64,000 nucleotides of DNA from Carpediemonas membranifera BICM (lineage: Eukaryota; Protista; Fornicata), in assembly GCA_019828565.1 (NCBI GenBank), contig JAHDYR010000006.1, positions 186,001 through 250,000 on the forward strand, read 5' to 3'. The notes below the pieces were generated by a model, which searched no databases, was not told the origin of the DNA, and worked only from the letters and a program-made list of their open reading frames with translations. Below, piece after piece: positions 50,357 through 58,974 of the stretch (positions are counted from its first letter, which is position 1; every line of letters starts with the position of its first letter). A program made the position numbers and the translations under genes.

Positions 50357-51004
50357 TGACGCCGGAGCTAGCATAAATAGCGTGTGTGGTTTGTATGGGG
50401 GATGGTCAGGGGATGCGCGGATGATGGGAGTTTGATGGGCGGGCTCGGATCTCATCAGATTGTCGATACGACATGTGATGGTATGTTACTGAATAGAGAT
50501 GCTCTATAGAGGCTTACCATTTCAATGACATAATCTGCACGAAAAGATCTGATCGACAAAGATTCATCCCCGTCCACGCGTTAGGGGAAGTCAGTGGGAC
50601 AAGGCCCGCATGCCCCACGGACCCAGCCCAAGCCCATATCCCTGCATGGCTCCCCTCCCAATGCCCGGATCCGGTCCAAGTGTGCCAGGTTTCAAGGCAG
50701 TATCGGACGCGCCAAACCGAGAGAATGGCGTTGTCATTCGGCACTCAATGCGCCCTCGGGAATAATAGGTATGCGCTGATGCCACAGTTCATCTTTCGTC
50801 CCCGATCTCTCCACTGTTCATTCGATTGTCGATTCGCTTCCGCGCAACGTCAGGTCGACTCAAAAACGAGAGGTTCTGGCGTGATATGACCTACCGGGCA
50901 CATCCATCAGGGATCTGAGTGATTCGATTACGATCTGCTCAACCTCGAAGATATGCTTTGACTTCTGACGAATTCTTCTTCGCCATTCCCAACCAACACC
51001 GAAA

Positions 51005-52247
51005 ATGTCTTCGCCTGCCTGGGAAACCAAAGTCATTCACGCTGGTCACACCAACTACTCTAACGCTCTGACGACTCCGATCTTCATGACGAGCACGTTC
51101 AGCTTCGATTCCGCTGAGCAATGTCGCGATCGCTTCATGGGTACTGATCCCGGCTACATCTACAGCCGCCTGGGCAACCCCACGGTCACTGCTCTTGAGC
51201 AGAAGCTCGCCATCATGGAGGGAGCCGAAGACGCCGTTGCCGTTGGCTCTGGCATCGGCGCACTCACAACGGTATGCACCGCCTCAGCATCCTCACCCAG
51301 CTCGTCTACGCCGCCGTCAAGGGTGGCGACCACATCGTCATCTCCAAGTCTCTCTACGGGTGTTCTTGGGCTTTCTTCACTCGCGGCATCGCGGCCTTCA
51401 ACGTCGAGGTAACACCGGTGTGCATGGACAACCTCGACGAGCTTCGTCAGGCCATCCGCCCTAACACCAAGCTCGTCTTCTTCGAGACGCCCGCGAACCC
51501 CACCAACTGCATCATCGACATTGCCGAGGTCACCAAGATTGTCCGCGAATCTGACGCCAAGGAGGCCATTGTCGCCGTCGACAACACCTTCTGCTCCCCC
51601 GTCATCTGCAACCCCATTGCCCACGGTGCCGACGCGGTCATGCACTCTGGCACCAAGTAGTTCGTACCCACTCCCCGCACTAACCCAGTCTGTCCGGCCA
51701 CGGCGATGTTATTGCCGGCGCTGTCTGCGGCTCCCGTGCCTTTATCGAGCGGTGCAAGCTCCACGCTCTCAAGGACATGAACGGCGCTGTGATGTGCCCC
51801 ATGACGGCCTTCCTCCTCATCCGCGGCATCAAGACAATACACCTCCGTCTGCCCCGCCACGCCGAGAACGCCCTTGCCCTGGCCACCTTCCTTGAGAAGC
51901 ACCCCAAGGTGAAGTCCGTCGAGTACCCCTTCCTCCCCTCCCACCCCCGCCACGAGATCGCCAAGAAACAAATGAGCATGGGCAACGGCATCGTCCCTTT
52001 CATCCTGGATGGCGGGAGGGAGGCTGGCATGCTGTTCCTCAACAGCCTCAAGCTTGCCACTATCGCCGTGTCTCTTGGTGACGCCGAGACCCTCGCCACC
52101 CACCCCGCCTCGTCAACGCACTCCCCCTACACTGAGAACGAGCTGGAGTTCGCTGGGATTGACCCCGGTCTCGTGCGTATGTCCGTCGGCCTCGAGGCCG
52201 CGGCTGACATCATCGCGGATGTTGAGCAGGCGCTTGAGCATATCTAA
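51005..52247 (+). CDS. MGL: Methionine gamma-lyase (PLP-dependent, 3 exons)
   Basis: YIYSRLGNPT, LYGC (Tyr/Cys pair typical of MGL), ETPANP, VDNTF, the PLP-lysine motif SGTKYLSGHGD rebuilt across intron 2, and AVSLGDAETL. Confidence 0.88.
51272..51300 (+). other. Spliceosomal intron, 29 nt
   Basis: GTATGC...CTCACCCAG. It joins two frames of the MGL gene. Confidence 0.9.
51660..51688 (+). other. Spliceosomal intron, 29 nt
   Basis: GTTCGT...ACTAACCCAG. Removal restores TKY-LSGHGD. Confidence 0.92.
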
Positions 52248-52385
52248 ACTTTATAACAATAAATCGGCATACTAGATGTTGATCGGGTTGATGGAGGTCA
52301 TCTGAGGAGTCGCCAGAGGTCTGCTCATCGTCAAGTGCAGATTATGGTAGGCAGCACGAGCCACCGTACAAAACTTCGATTAGCG

Positions 52386-52814
52386 ATGGATCAACCCATG
52401 GATCAACGTATTACAGCGTTTGCAGACCGGCTAGCTCGTGATATTGACCAGTTTGACTTCCTCGGTCACGACTCTGAAGCCGTAGCGAAGAACGTTGACG
52501 CCATTCTTGCGAGATTCGACGAAATTGAGGCTCTAGCTAACTTCCAGGATGCCTCCGATATCCCTAAAGTACTAGACACCCTCATAGATGCCATTCCGAA
52601 CCTCGAGAAGACCTTTTCTTTCCTCGACGCCCTCGAAGAAGCCCTCAGACAGCTCACAGCCCATGTTAACTTCCTCGAACACAAGACCAGAGACGCTGAA
52701 CGTCAGCGGAAGAGCAGGATGGCGCGGCTGCTCAATAGGTCCTCGGATGGCGCCGCGGGGCCAGCGTTGGAGGCGAGGCCGAGTCTCGAGGGCCTGCTGA
52801 ACATGGTCAGGTGA
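52386..52814 (+). CDS. Small coiled-coil protein, BLOC1S4/cappuccino-like
   Basis: 'LEKTFSFLDALEEALRQLTAHVNFLEHKTRDAE' resembles the BLOC-1 subunit 4 coiled coil. The identity is tentative. Confidence 0.5.
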   Translation: MDQPMDQRITAFADRLARDIDQFDFLGHDSEAVAKNVDAILARFDEIEALANFQDASDIPKVLDTLIDAIPNLEKTFSFLDALEEALRQLTAHVNFLEHKTRDAERQRKSRMARLLNRSSDGAAGPALEARPSLEGLLNMVR

Positions 52815-52922
52815 GAGTGCGGCTGGTGCGCAGGTAGTGATGATAAATAGCGTGTGAGGCACCAAGAAAGGCAAGGTGCCATGATGTGCAGTTTATGGCA
52901 AGAAGCAGTGGCTGTGACATTC

Positions 52923-54242
52923 ATGACCGAGTTGTCGACGGTGCCACTCTCACCAAGTGCTGGGAAGAAAACTTTCTTCTTCTACCGCCCAATTGATGAG
53001 CAAGCGCCTGTCTCCGTGCTTTTCTCGCCGAAGGAGCTTTCACAAGCTTCCATGCTCCTCGCATCCCGCAACTTTGGTCCCGGTCTCATCATCTGGACAC
53101 TCTACTACTTTCTAACCTGGGTATTCTTTATCCTAGGCCTCTCGATCACGCAGCTCATCTTCCTCCCCCTTCTTCCAGTAACAGTGGCCATACTGCCGTG
53201 GGCCTTCACCGTCTTCTGGACATCCGCACTGTTCTTCTTCCAGGGCAGGCTGAAGACAACCATGTACGCCCTGGGAGAGGGTGAAAAGGTGCCCTGGTAC
53301 AAGTACTTCAGCGGGCCCCCGTGCTCGGCAGAGGAGGCCGGTGGTGTCCGTTGGAAGGGATATCTCCTCAACGGAATCATCGGGGTCGTCAAGTTCTTCC
53401 TCAACCTCGCCATTGCCCTGGTTCCCGTGGCCTACGCCGTCTCCCTCCTCCTCCAGCCCTTCCTTGGCTTCCTATCGTCGTTCCACATGAAGCGGCTGGG
53501 GATGTTCAGAGTCATCCGACTCCACTTTATCGGTGTGGCGTACAATCTGTTCTACCACGCCCTCCTGGCCGTGCTGATCACCCCCCTGCTGCTCTTCGAG
53601 GTCTCCACACTCTTCCTTGCAACGGTAATCACCCGGCCGGTCATCAACGCACTATTCTGCGTGTACTACGCCCACGCCTACGGTCTTGCGAACAATCCCA
53701 CCGCCATCGTCGACCACACCCCGGCCAAGCCGATCGCCCCACGTCTTGCCATGTTCGCGGGATTCATCCCCCTTATATCATTCATGGGCCCAATGCTCAA
53801 CGGCCAGATGGCGAAGGCAGTACGGATCCTGCTCATCCAGTTCCTACTGGCTGTCCCGCCTCTGCTGCCGTTCATGCCCATGCTCCTGTCTCTCGTTCTC
53901 TCTGCCTTGCTCAGCATCTTTGAAATGATCAATATTTCCGAGTCCTTCTACTTCATCTCCGCGATCAGGGCGACATACGGCTTTCTTCTCGCCCTCGTCG
54001 CCCTTCTCCTCCCATATACCAGCGTCCTGCTGGTGTTAGTCATAGTTGTATACCTGGCCTGGATCTGTGTGAACGGTGCCGACAACTTCCTAGTCACGCG
54101 CGCGCATCTGTCCCATCAGACAGTCTACCATGCAGAGTATTTCGTCAAATACCTCAGTGTCCTGCACTTCCCCCCAGTGCCTGGGGCGTTTTACACTAAG
54201 GACTCGGAGTCACCCAAGGCTGAGCCCAAGGACGCGGTGTAG
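52923..54242 (+). CDS. Multi-pass membrane protein of unknown function
   Basis: Long ORF with about 8-9 hydrophobic segments. Confidence 0.7.
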   Translation: MTELSTVPLSPSAGKKTFFFYRPIDEQAPVSVLFSPKELSQASMLLASRNFGPGLIIWTLYYFLTWVFFILGLSITQLIFLPLLPVTVAILPWAFTVFWTSALFFFQGRLKTTMYALGEGEKVPWYKYFSGPPCSAEEAGGVRWKGYLLNGIIGVVKFFLNLAIALVPVAYAVSLLLQPFLGFLSSFHMKRLGMFRVIRLHFIGVAYNLFYHALLAVLITPLLLFEVSTLFLATVITRPVINALFCVYYAHAYGLANNPTAIVDHTPAKPIAPRLAMFAGFIPLISFMGPMLNGQMAKAVRILLIQFLLAVPPLLPFMPMLLSLVLSALLSIFEMINISESFYFISAIRATYGFLLALVALLLPYTSVLLVLVIVVYLAWICVNGADNFLVTRAHLSHQTVYHAEYFVKYLSVLHFPPVPGAFYTKDSESPKAEPKDAV

Positions 54243-54422
54243 GCGTGGGTTGTAGCTTCGTAACTTGAGATTTATAAAGCACGGTCAGAGGCGGGTGTTG
54301 TTGCTGGCGAAGTTGGGCGTAGAGCTGGTTGAACCCAGGAATAGCTATGCACAGCTGATGATGGGCCAGCGCTACAGTTCTAAGAGTCGAATCCTAACCT
54401 GCGTGGACAACCCATCACCATT

Positions 54423-56495
54423 ATGGAGGGCGGTGAAAGCGCAACTAGCAGCGCAAATCAATGGCACCAAGAGAGAATTCAGATGTGGCTTGCAAATAAT
54501 GTGTCGAAACGCCAGGAAGAGTACGTGCGATGGAATGAGCTTACTGTTTTCTGTGGCTCCTGGAACGTCAACAATAAGAAGCCGCCAACAGCAGCAGAGA
54601 TGGCCCCTTGGCTTCTTCCGTCATCGCCATCCAACAACCAGCCCGATGTTTACGTTGTAGGGCTACAAGAAGTTGACCTCACAGTCGCAGGCGTCCTCAC
54701 TCAGCAGACTGATAAGGCGCTTCCCTGGCTCGAGACCGTGGAAGCCACCATCAACAGCAGTGGTACGAAGTTCTTACCCCTCTCCCACCGCCAGCTGGCG
54801 GGCATCATGGTCGGGGTGTGGGTCCGCGAAAGCCTGTTCCCCCTCTGCTCGGCCCCACACACCCTGGACGTGGCTACGGGTATTCTAGGTATGCTGGGTA
54901 ACAAGGGCGGTGTGGCGCTCTCCTTCCGCATTCAGTGCTCGACCGTCTGCGTCGTCTGCGCTCATCTCGCCGCAGACATCGCCCAAGTTGTGCGCCGCAA
55001 CCAGGACTTCAACGACATCATCAAGCGCATGCGTTTCCCCGTCCCCGACCAGATCCACTCACACAGCGGCGTCCTGAGCCAGAAGTCATCAATTGATGGG
55101 AAGTTTGGGGTCTATGACCACGACTACGTGTTCTGGGTCGGCGATCTCAACTACAGACTCACAACCACCGACTATCAGTTCGTCCACGGCCAGATTGCCG
55201 CTGCGAAGAACGCCGAGGACCCAATCGAGGGCTTCAAGGAGCTCATGAAGCACGACCAGCTCCAGATCCAGCGGGACAACGGTGAGGTCTTCCCCCACTT
55301 CAACGAGTGCCCCATAGCGTTCCCCCCGACGTACAAGTTTGTCCCGGACACCCAGGAGTACGTGGCCGAGGCACAGGACAAGCCCCGCATCCCTGCCTGG
55401 TGCGACAGGGTGTTGTACAGGGTAAAGGACGCCAGCGCGGGCTCAGTCACCCCGCACAAGTACAGCTGGCACCCTGAGCTGACTATCTCCGACCACAAGC
55501 CTGTGAGTCTGACACTCACGGCCCGCACCAAGGACATCGACCACTCCAAGTACCAGCAAATCCTGCGGGAAATCGCCCGGGATCTCGACAGGCTGGAGAA
55601 CGAGTACATGCCCGACGCCAGCATCTCCACGAACGCCTTGTCGTACGGTACGGTGGCGTTCGGGGACACCGTGCGGCGGTCGTTCGTACTGACGAACACG
55701 GGCGTCGTGCCCGTGCAATACTCTTTCAAGTCGGCCCCCGGTGCGGCGTCGACCCTTCCATTCTGGATTACGGCACCAGCCCCGACGGGAGTCATCATGC
55801 CGTCCTCCGAGGCCGTTATCGAGTTGAACTTCCAGACATCACCCCGGGACCTCGAGGCCCTGAACGCCGGCCCCGAGGAGCTCGAGACTGTCGTTATCCT
55901 GCACCTCCACCAGAGCAAGGACCACTTCCTCACACTCAGCGCACGGTGGCGCAGGACGGTGTTCGGGGTCTCACTCACCACGCCGACCCTGCCCAAGCCG
56001 CTGTGGGTGCTGGCAGACGCGCTCTATCAGCACGGGGCGGCGGCCGCGGGGTCTTTACTCGAGGGCCCGATTCCCGACGACCTGGTGCTCATCCGGGACT
56101 CCCTGACTGAGCTGGGCACCGTCACCGTCGGCCGGGAGCCTGGAGACCCGGACACAGCGTACATCTCGTCTGTGGCGGACGCTTTCTTTGTCTATCTCGA
56201 CTGCATCAGCCCCGCTGTCGTCCCAGAGGAGCTCTTCCCCGCCATCATGGCCGCCAGCACTGAGAGCGAGATGAGGGCCATACCTGCGGGCCTGCCACAC
56301 GCCCACTACCTCGTCTTCATTTACGTCATGTCATTTGTCCGCTACATGATCTCTTTCGAGCCCGATGACCATTTTGTGAAGGGCGCGGCTACGTTGTTGG
56401 CGCGAGTGATTTGCCGCAAGCCATCGAGAGCATCAGTCACGCAGAGCGAGCTGAGGTCAGCGGCCAAGTTTGTCGAGTTCTTCCTGCGGTCATGA
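54423..56495 (+). CDS. OCRL: Inositol polyphosphate 5-phosphatase OCRL/INPP5B-like (5-phosphatase, ASH, RhoGAP-like)
   Basis: GSWNVN, GLQEVD, GNKGGV, FWVGDLNYR, PPTYK, PAWCDRVL, SDHKPV and 'DRLENEYMP', followed by ASH and degenerate RhoGAP regions. Confidence 0.92.
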   Translation: MEGGESATSSANQWHQERIQMWLANNVSKRQEEYVRWNELTVFCGSWNVNNKKPPTAAEMAPWLLPSSPSNNQPDVYVVGLQEVDLTVAGVLTQQTDKALPWLETVEATINSSGTKFLPLSHRQLAGIMVGVWVRESLFPLCSAPHTLDVATGILGMLGNKGGVALSFRIQCSTVCVVCAHLAADIAQVVRRNQDFNDIIKRMRFPVPDQIHSHSGVLSQKSSIDGKFGVYDHDYVFWVGDLNYRLTTTDYQFVHGQIAAAKNAEDPIEGFKELMKHDQLQIQRDNGEVFPHFNECPIAFPPTYKFVPDTQEYVAEAQDKPRIPAWCDRVLYRVKDASAGSVTPHKYSWHPELTISDHKPVSLTLTARTKDIDHSKYQQILREIARDLDRLENEYMPDASISTNALSYGTVAFGDTVRRSFVLTNTGVVPVQYSFKSAPGAASTLPFWITAPAPTGVIMPSSEAVIELNFQTSPRDLEALNAGPEELETVVILHLHQSKDHFLTLSARWRRTVFGVSLTTPTLPKPLWVLADALYQHGAAAAGSLLEGPIPDDLVLIRDSLTELGTVTVGREPGDPDTAYISSVADAFFVYLDCISPAVVPEELFPAIMAASTESEMRAIPAGLPHAHYLVFIYVMSFVRYMISFEPDDHFVKGAATLLARVICRKPSRASVTQSELRSAAKFVEFFLRS

Positions 56496-56674
56496 GCTCT
56501 GTTGTTAAATAATAGTGAAACAGTTGCTGGTTTTTATTGGCGGGCAAGACGACGAGTCACCACCGCATATAGCTATGTGCTCTGTGCAGCAACGCCCATG
56601 CAGTGCCCTCGAGCCTCCATTGGCTCCGAACAATTGTGCTGTTGATCTCGTCATTCAGGATCAGGCCGAGTTCG

Positions 56675-57361
56675 ATGGCCGGCGTTGATAGAGGGACTGA
56701 TGCCAGACAGACGCTGCTAGAGATTAGAAAGAAGAACAGGAACGTATGTTTCGAGTGTGGATCGCTCAATCCGCTGTTTGCGTCGAGAACTTTTGGAATC
56801 TTCATCTGTGACTCATGTGCTGGCATTCACAGGGGCCTTGGCGTCCATATTTCCTTTGTGAAGTCTATTACTCTCGATCTCTGGACCCCGACTGAGATTC
56901 TCTTCATGCAGCATGGCGGCCACCGCCGTCTGACGACTCACCTCAAGAACGGCGGTGTCCCACTCGGCCTGGCTACCATCCAGAGCCGCTATGCGACGGG
57001 GTCCGCGATGACCTACAAGGCCGAGCTCGAGAAGGCCGTGGCGAACGATGCGCCAACCCCCGAGCCCGAGCCCGAGATGGTTTCTCCGCCCACTAACATC
57101 CCAACGCCGCCATCAGAGCCCACCAACGAGGAGCTCCTGGCCCGCTCGGCCAACCTTGAGCCTGTCGACCAGCCTCGTCTGGCCCGTACCGAGCCGAGCT
57201 CCGCAGACGACCTCCCGTCACTGGCGTCATCTGTGAACGTCGTGGCGCGCAGTGAGACTGCCAGCCCAGCCATGAACTGCATGTCTATCCCTTCCTCGAG
57301 AGGTATTGGCCGCCGCAGGAAGCTTGGCGCAGTTCAGATGAGCTATGAAGTTGGAATGTAA
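56675..57361 (+). CDS. ArfGAP (ArfGAP1/2/3-like)
   Basis: CFEC-x16-CDSC zinc finger with '[20 protein letters not shown]'. The C-terminal 'KLGA' is Glo3-like. Confidence 0.9.
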   Translation: MAGVDRGTDARQTLLEIRKKNRNVCFECGSLNPLFASRTFGIFICDSCAGIHRGLGVHISFVKSITLDLWTPTEILFMQHGGHRRLTTHLKNGGVPLGLATIQSRYATGSAMTYKAELEKAVANDAPTPEPEPEMVSPPTNIPTPPSEPTNEELLARSANLEPVDQPRLARTEPSSADDLPSLASSVNVVARSETASPAMNCMSIPSSRGIGRRRKLGAVQMSYEVGM

Positions 57362-57459
57362 GAAAGCACGGCAATCCGTCGTTTTGATGTAAATTTGAGG
57401 TGAAAACGGCAAACTATGTCATTTAAAGCACCAATAATACCACAGCGCCAGTATTGACC

Positions 57460-57873
57460 TCACTTGAAGGCGAGGCGGCCGGTGATAACGGCGACGATCG
57501 AGACAACAGGGACGGCCTGGAGAAGCCACTTGAGGTCCATGCTGACCCAGTAGAGGATGAAGGCGACCACGATGGAGCTAATAGACACAATAAAGAGGCC
57601 GCTGAAGGCCTTGCGGAGGACACTGTGGGGGAATCCCTTGAGGTTGAAGAAGCGCGTCATGGTGAGGAGCGCGATGGAGAAAAGAACAATCACACAAACA
57701 GCAACGATGAGAGAAATCTTCTCATTGACCATAGTTGTCGGATCGCTGAAGGTGTGGGCTTGGTGTTGCTTGAGAGCATACTTGGGGGCCTCGGCAGCAA
57801 TGTGCTCGTCAACAGTCATCTTGCAAGATGCAACAGCAATGAGAAGTGCGAGAAGAAGAATAGGAGCGTTCAT
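57460..57873 (-). CDS. Small secretory-pathway membrane protein (signal peptide plus about 3 TM)
   Basis: MNAPILLLALLIAVASC signal peptide and three hydrophobic segments, with biased codon usage. Confidence 0.7.
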   Translation of the reverse strand: MNAPILLLALLIAVASCKMTVDEHIAAEAPKYALKQHQAHTFSDPTTMVNEKISLIVAVCVIVLFSIALLTMTRFFNLKGFPHSVLRKAFSGLFIVSISSIVVAFILYWVSMDLKWLLQAVPVVSIVAVITGRLAFK

Positions 57874-57908
57874 AGCTGATATTGCACGAGATTTTTCGAG
57901 TTGTCCCT

Positions 57909-57958
57909 TTGAAGTATCATAGAGTGCACAGTGCAAGCACTGCGTCTCTCCACTTCAA
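57909..57958 (-). ncRNA. Putative omega-RNA 3' scaffold / transposon right-end hairpin of the Fanzor remnant
   Basis: Minus strand reads UUGAAGU-GG-AGAG-AC-GCAGUG-CUUG-CACUGU-GCA-CUCU-AUGAU-ACUUCAA, which folds into one long stem-loop. It overlaps the nuclease stop codon and ends at the boundary of the repeated 31-mer. Confidence 0.5.
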
Positions 57959-58646
57959 TTAGCTTGCCCGGAGGCGAAAACTAGCGGCTGGTTAGCCGTA
58001 ATTGGTGTATTGGGGTTATAGTTGGGAAGACGGGCTGGATTTCTGAAAGCACTGGCTTGATACTGTGCATCCGTCATGAGGCCGCAATCCAAGATGTTCT
58101 GTGCAGCAGTCTTGTCTCTGTGGGAGATATTGAGCCAAGTGGATGTAGGATCGGAATTGAGGCGTTGCTGTCTGTACCATGGAGCACCTTGACAATTTGG
58201 GTTGTGGCATCGCATCGTGCGCCTCGTGTAGCGAGTTCTACGGAACCTCGCGCGGCAGAAGGGGCAGACGAGTGAGGTTCGGAACTCGTTAGTCATCCGC
58301 ACTTCAGCAGTGATGTTGAAAGCTCTCATGATGGTAGTAAGGTAGCAAAGCGACCATACGGCGCGCATGGATGCACCCGACGGGGCGTCTTGAATCTAGC
58401 GCTTCCGTAGAAGACACCCCCACAAATTTTGCATCATGTCTGAGAGTGGTGCAGCTCTCTTGTTGATACAATCGGGAACGTCGAGTGTGCTGGGTCGAGT
58501 GTCAATTGACGCGACTCCACTCGATCGATGGAGTTTATGATTGCATGGTGAAGGATGTGGTGACGTGGGTCATCGATAGTCTGACATGAGCTGATGTATC
58601 GGCGTAACTCATGTTCAATCTCACACATGAGCAAGCGAAAGACCAT
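57955..58646 (-). pseudogene. Fanzor (TnpB-family) RNA-guided nuclease remnant, 5'-truncated and frameshifted
   Basis: 'NEFRTSLVCPFC...MRCHNPNC...HRDKTAAQNILDCG' corresponds to RuvC-II Glu, the zinc ribbon and RuvC-III Asp. Upstream, in a shifted frame, is 'VFYGSARFKTPRRVHPCAPYGRF'. The extent beyond about 58430 is uncertain. Confidence 0.8.
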
Positions 58647-58974
58647 TCATTCATCACCCACCCAGAGCTCTAGCAGGATAAGACACCGTAATTCCGCGGA
58701 CAACTGCAACTCCAGCCTGAGGTGACCAACCCGCACCCACACCCATCTCGCATGTCCCAGTGCCATGTCATGTCATGGGTGAAGACGAACTGCCACCGGA
58801 TGCGCGAGACACAAGATACCTCTCCTAAGTTTCCGAGCAATTGAGTTTCTGGGTAGTATTTAAATGGTGGTTTAGGTGAAGGTCGGGAGGGCAACGAACT
58901 TCATGTCTCAGAATGGAGATATCATGTCTCGAAACAGCGCTCGGCTTTACACAATGCTTCAATCGGTCTGTGAG

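Noticed and set aside
50360-51000. Long intergenic region upstream of MGL as a possible riboswitch or ncRNA
   Set aside because: No recognisable SAM/TPP aptamer motifs or convincing long stems by eye, and the short ORFs there lack coding signal.
51658-51660. In-frame stops in MGL (TAG), ARP2 (TAA) and the Qb-SNARE (TGA) as stop-codon reassignment or readthrough
   Set aside because: Each is removed or split by a short GT-AG intron whose excision restores the frame or conserved motif. All three stop codons terminate other genes normally.
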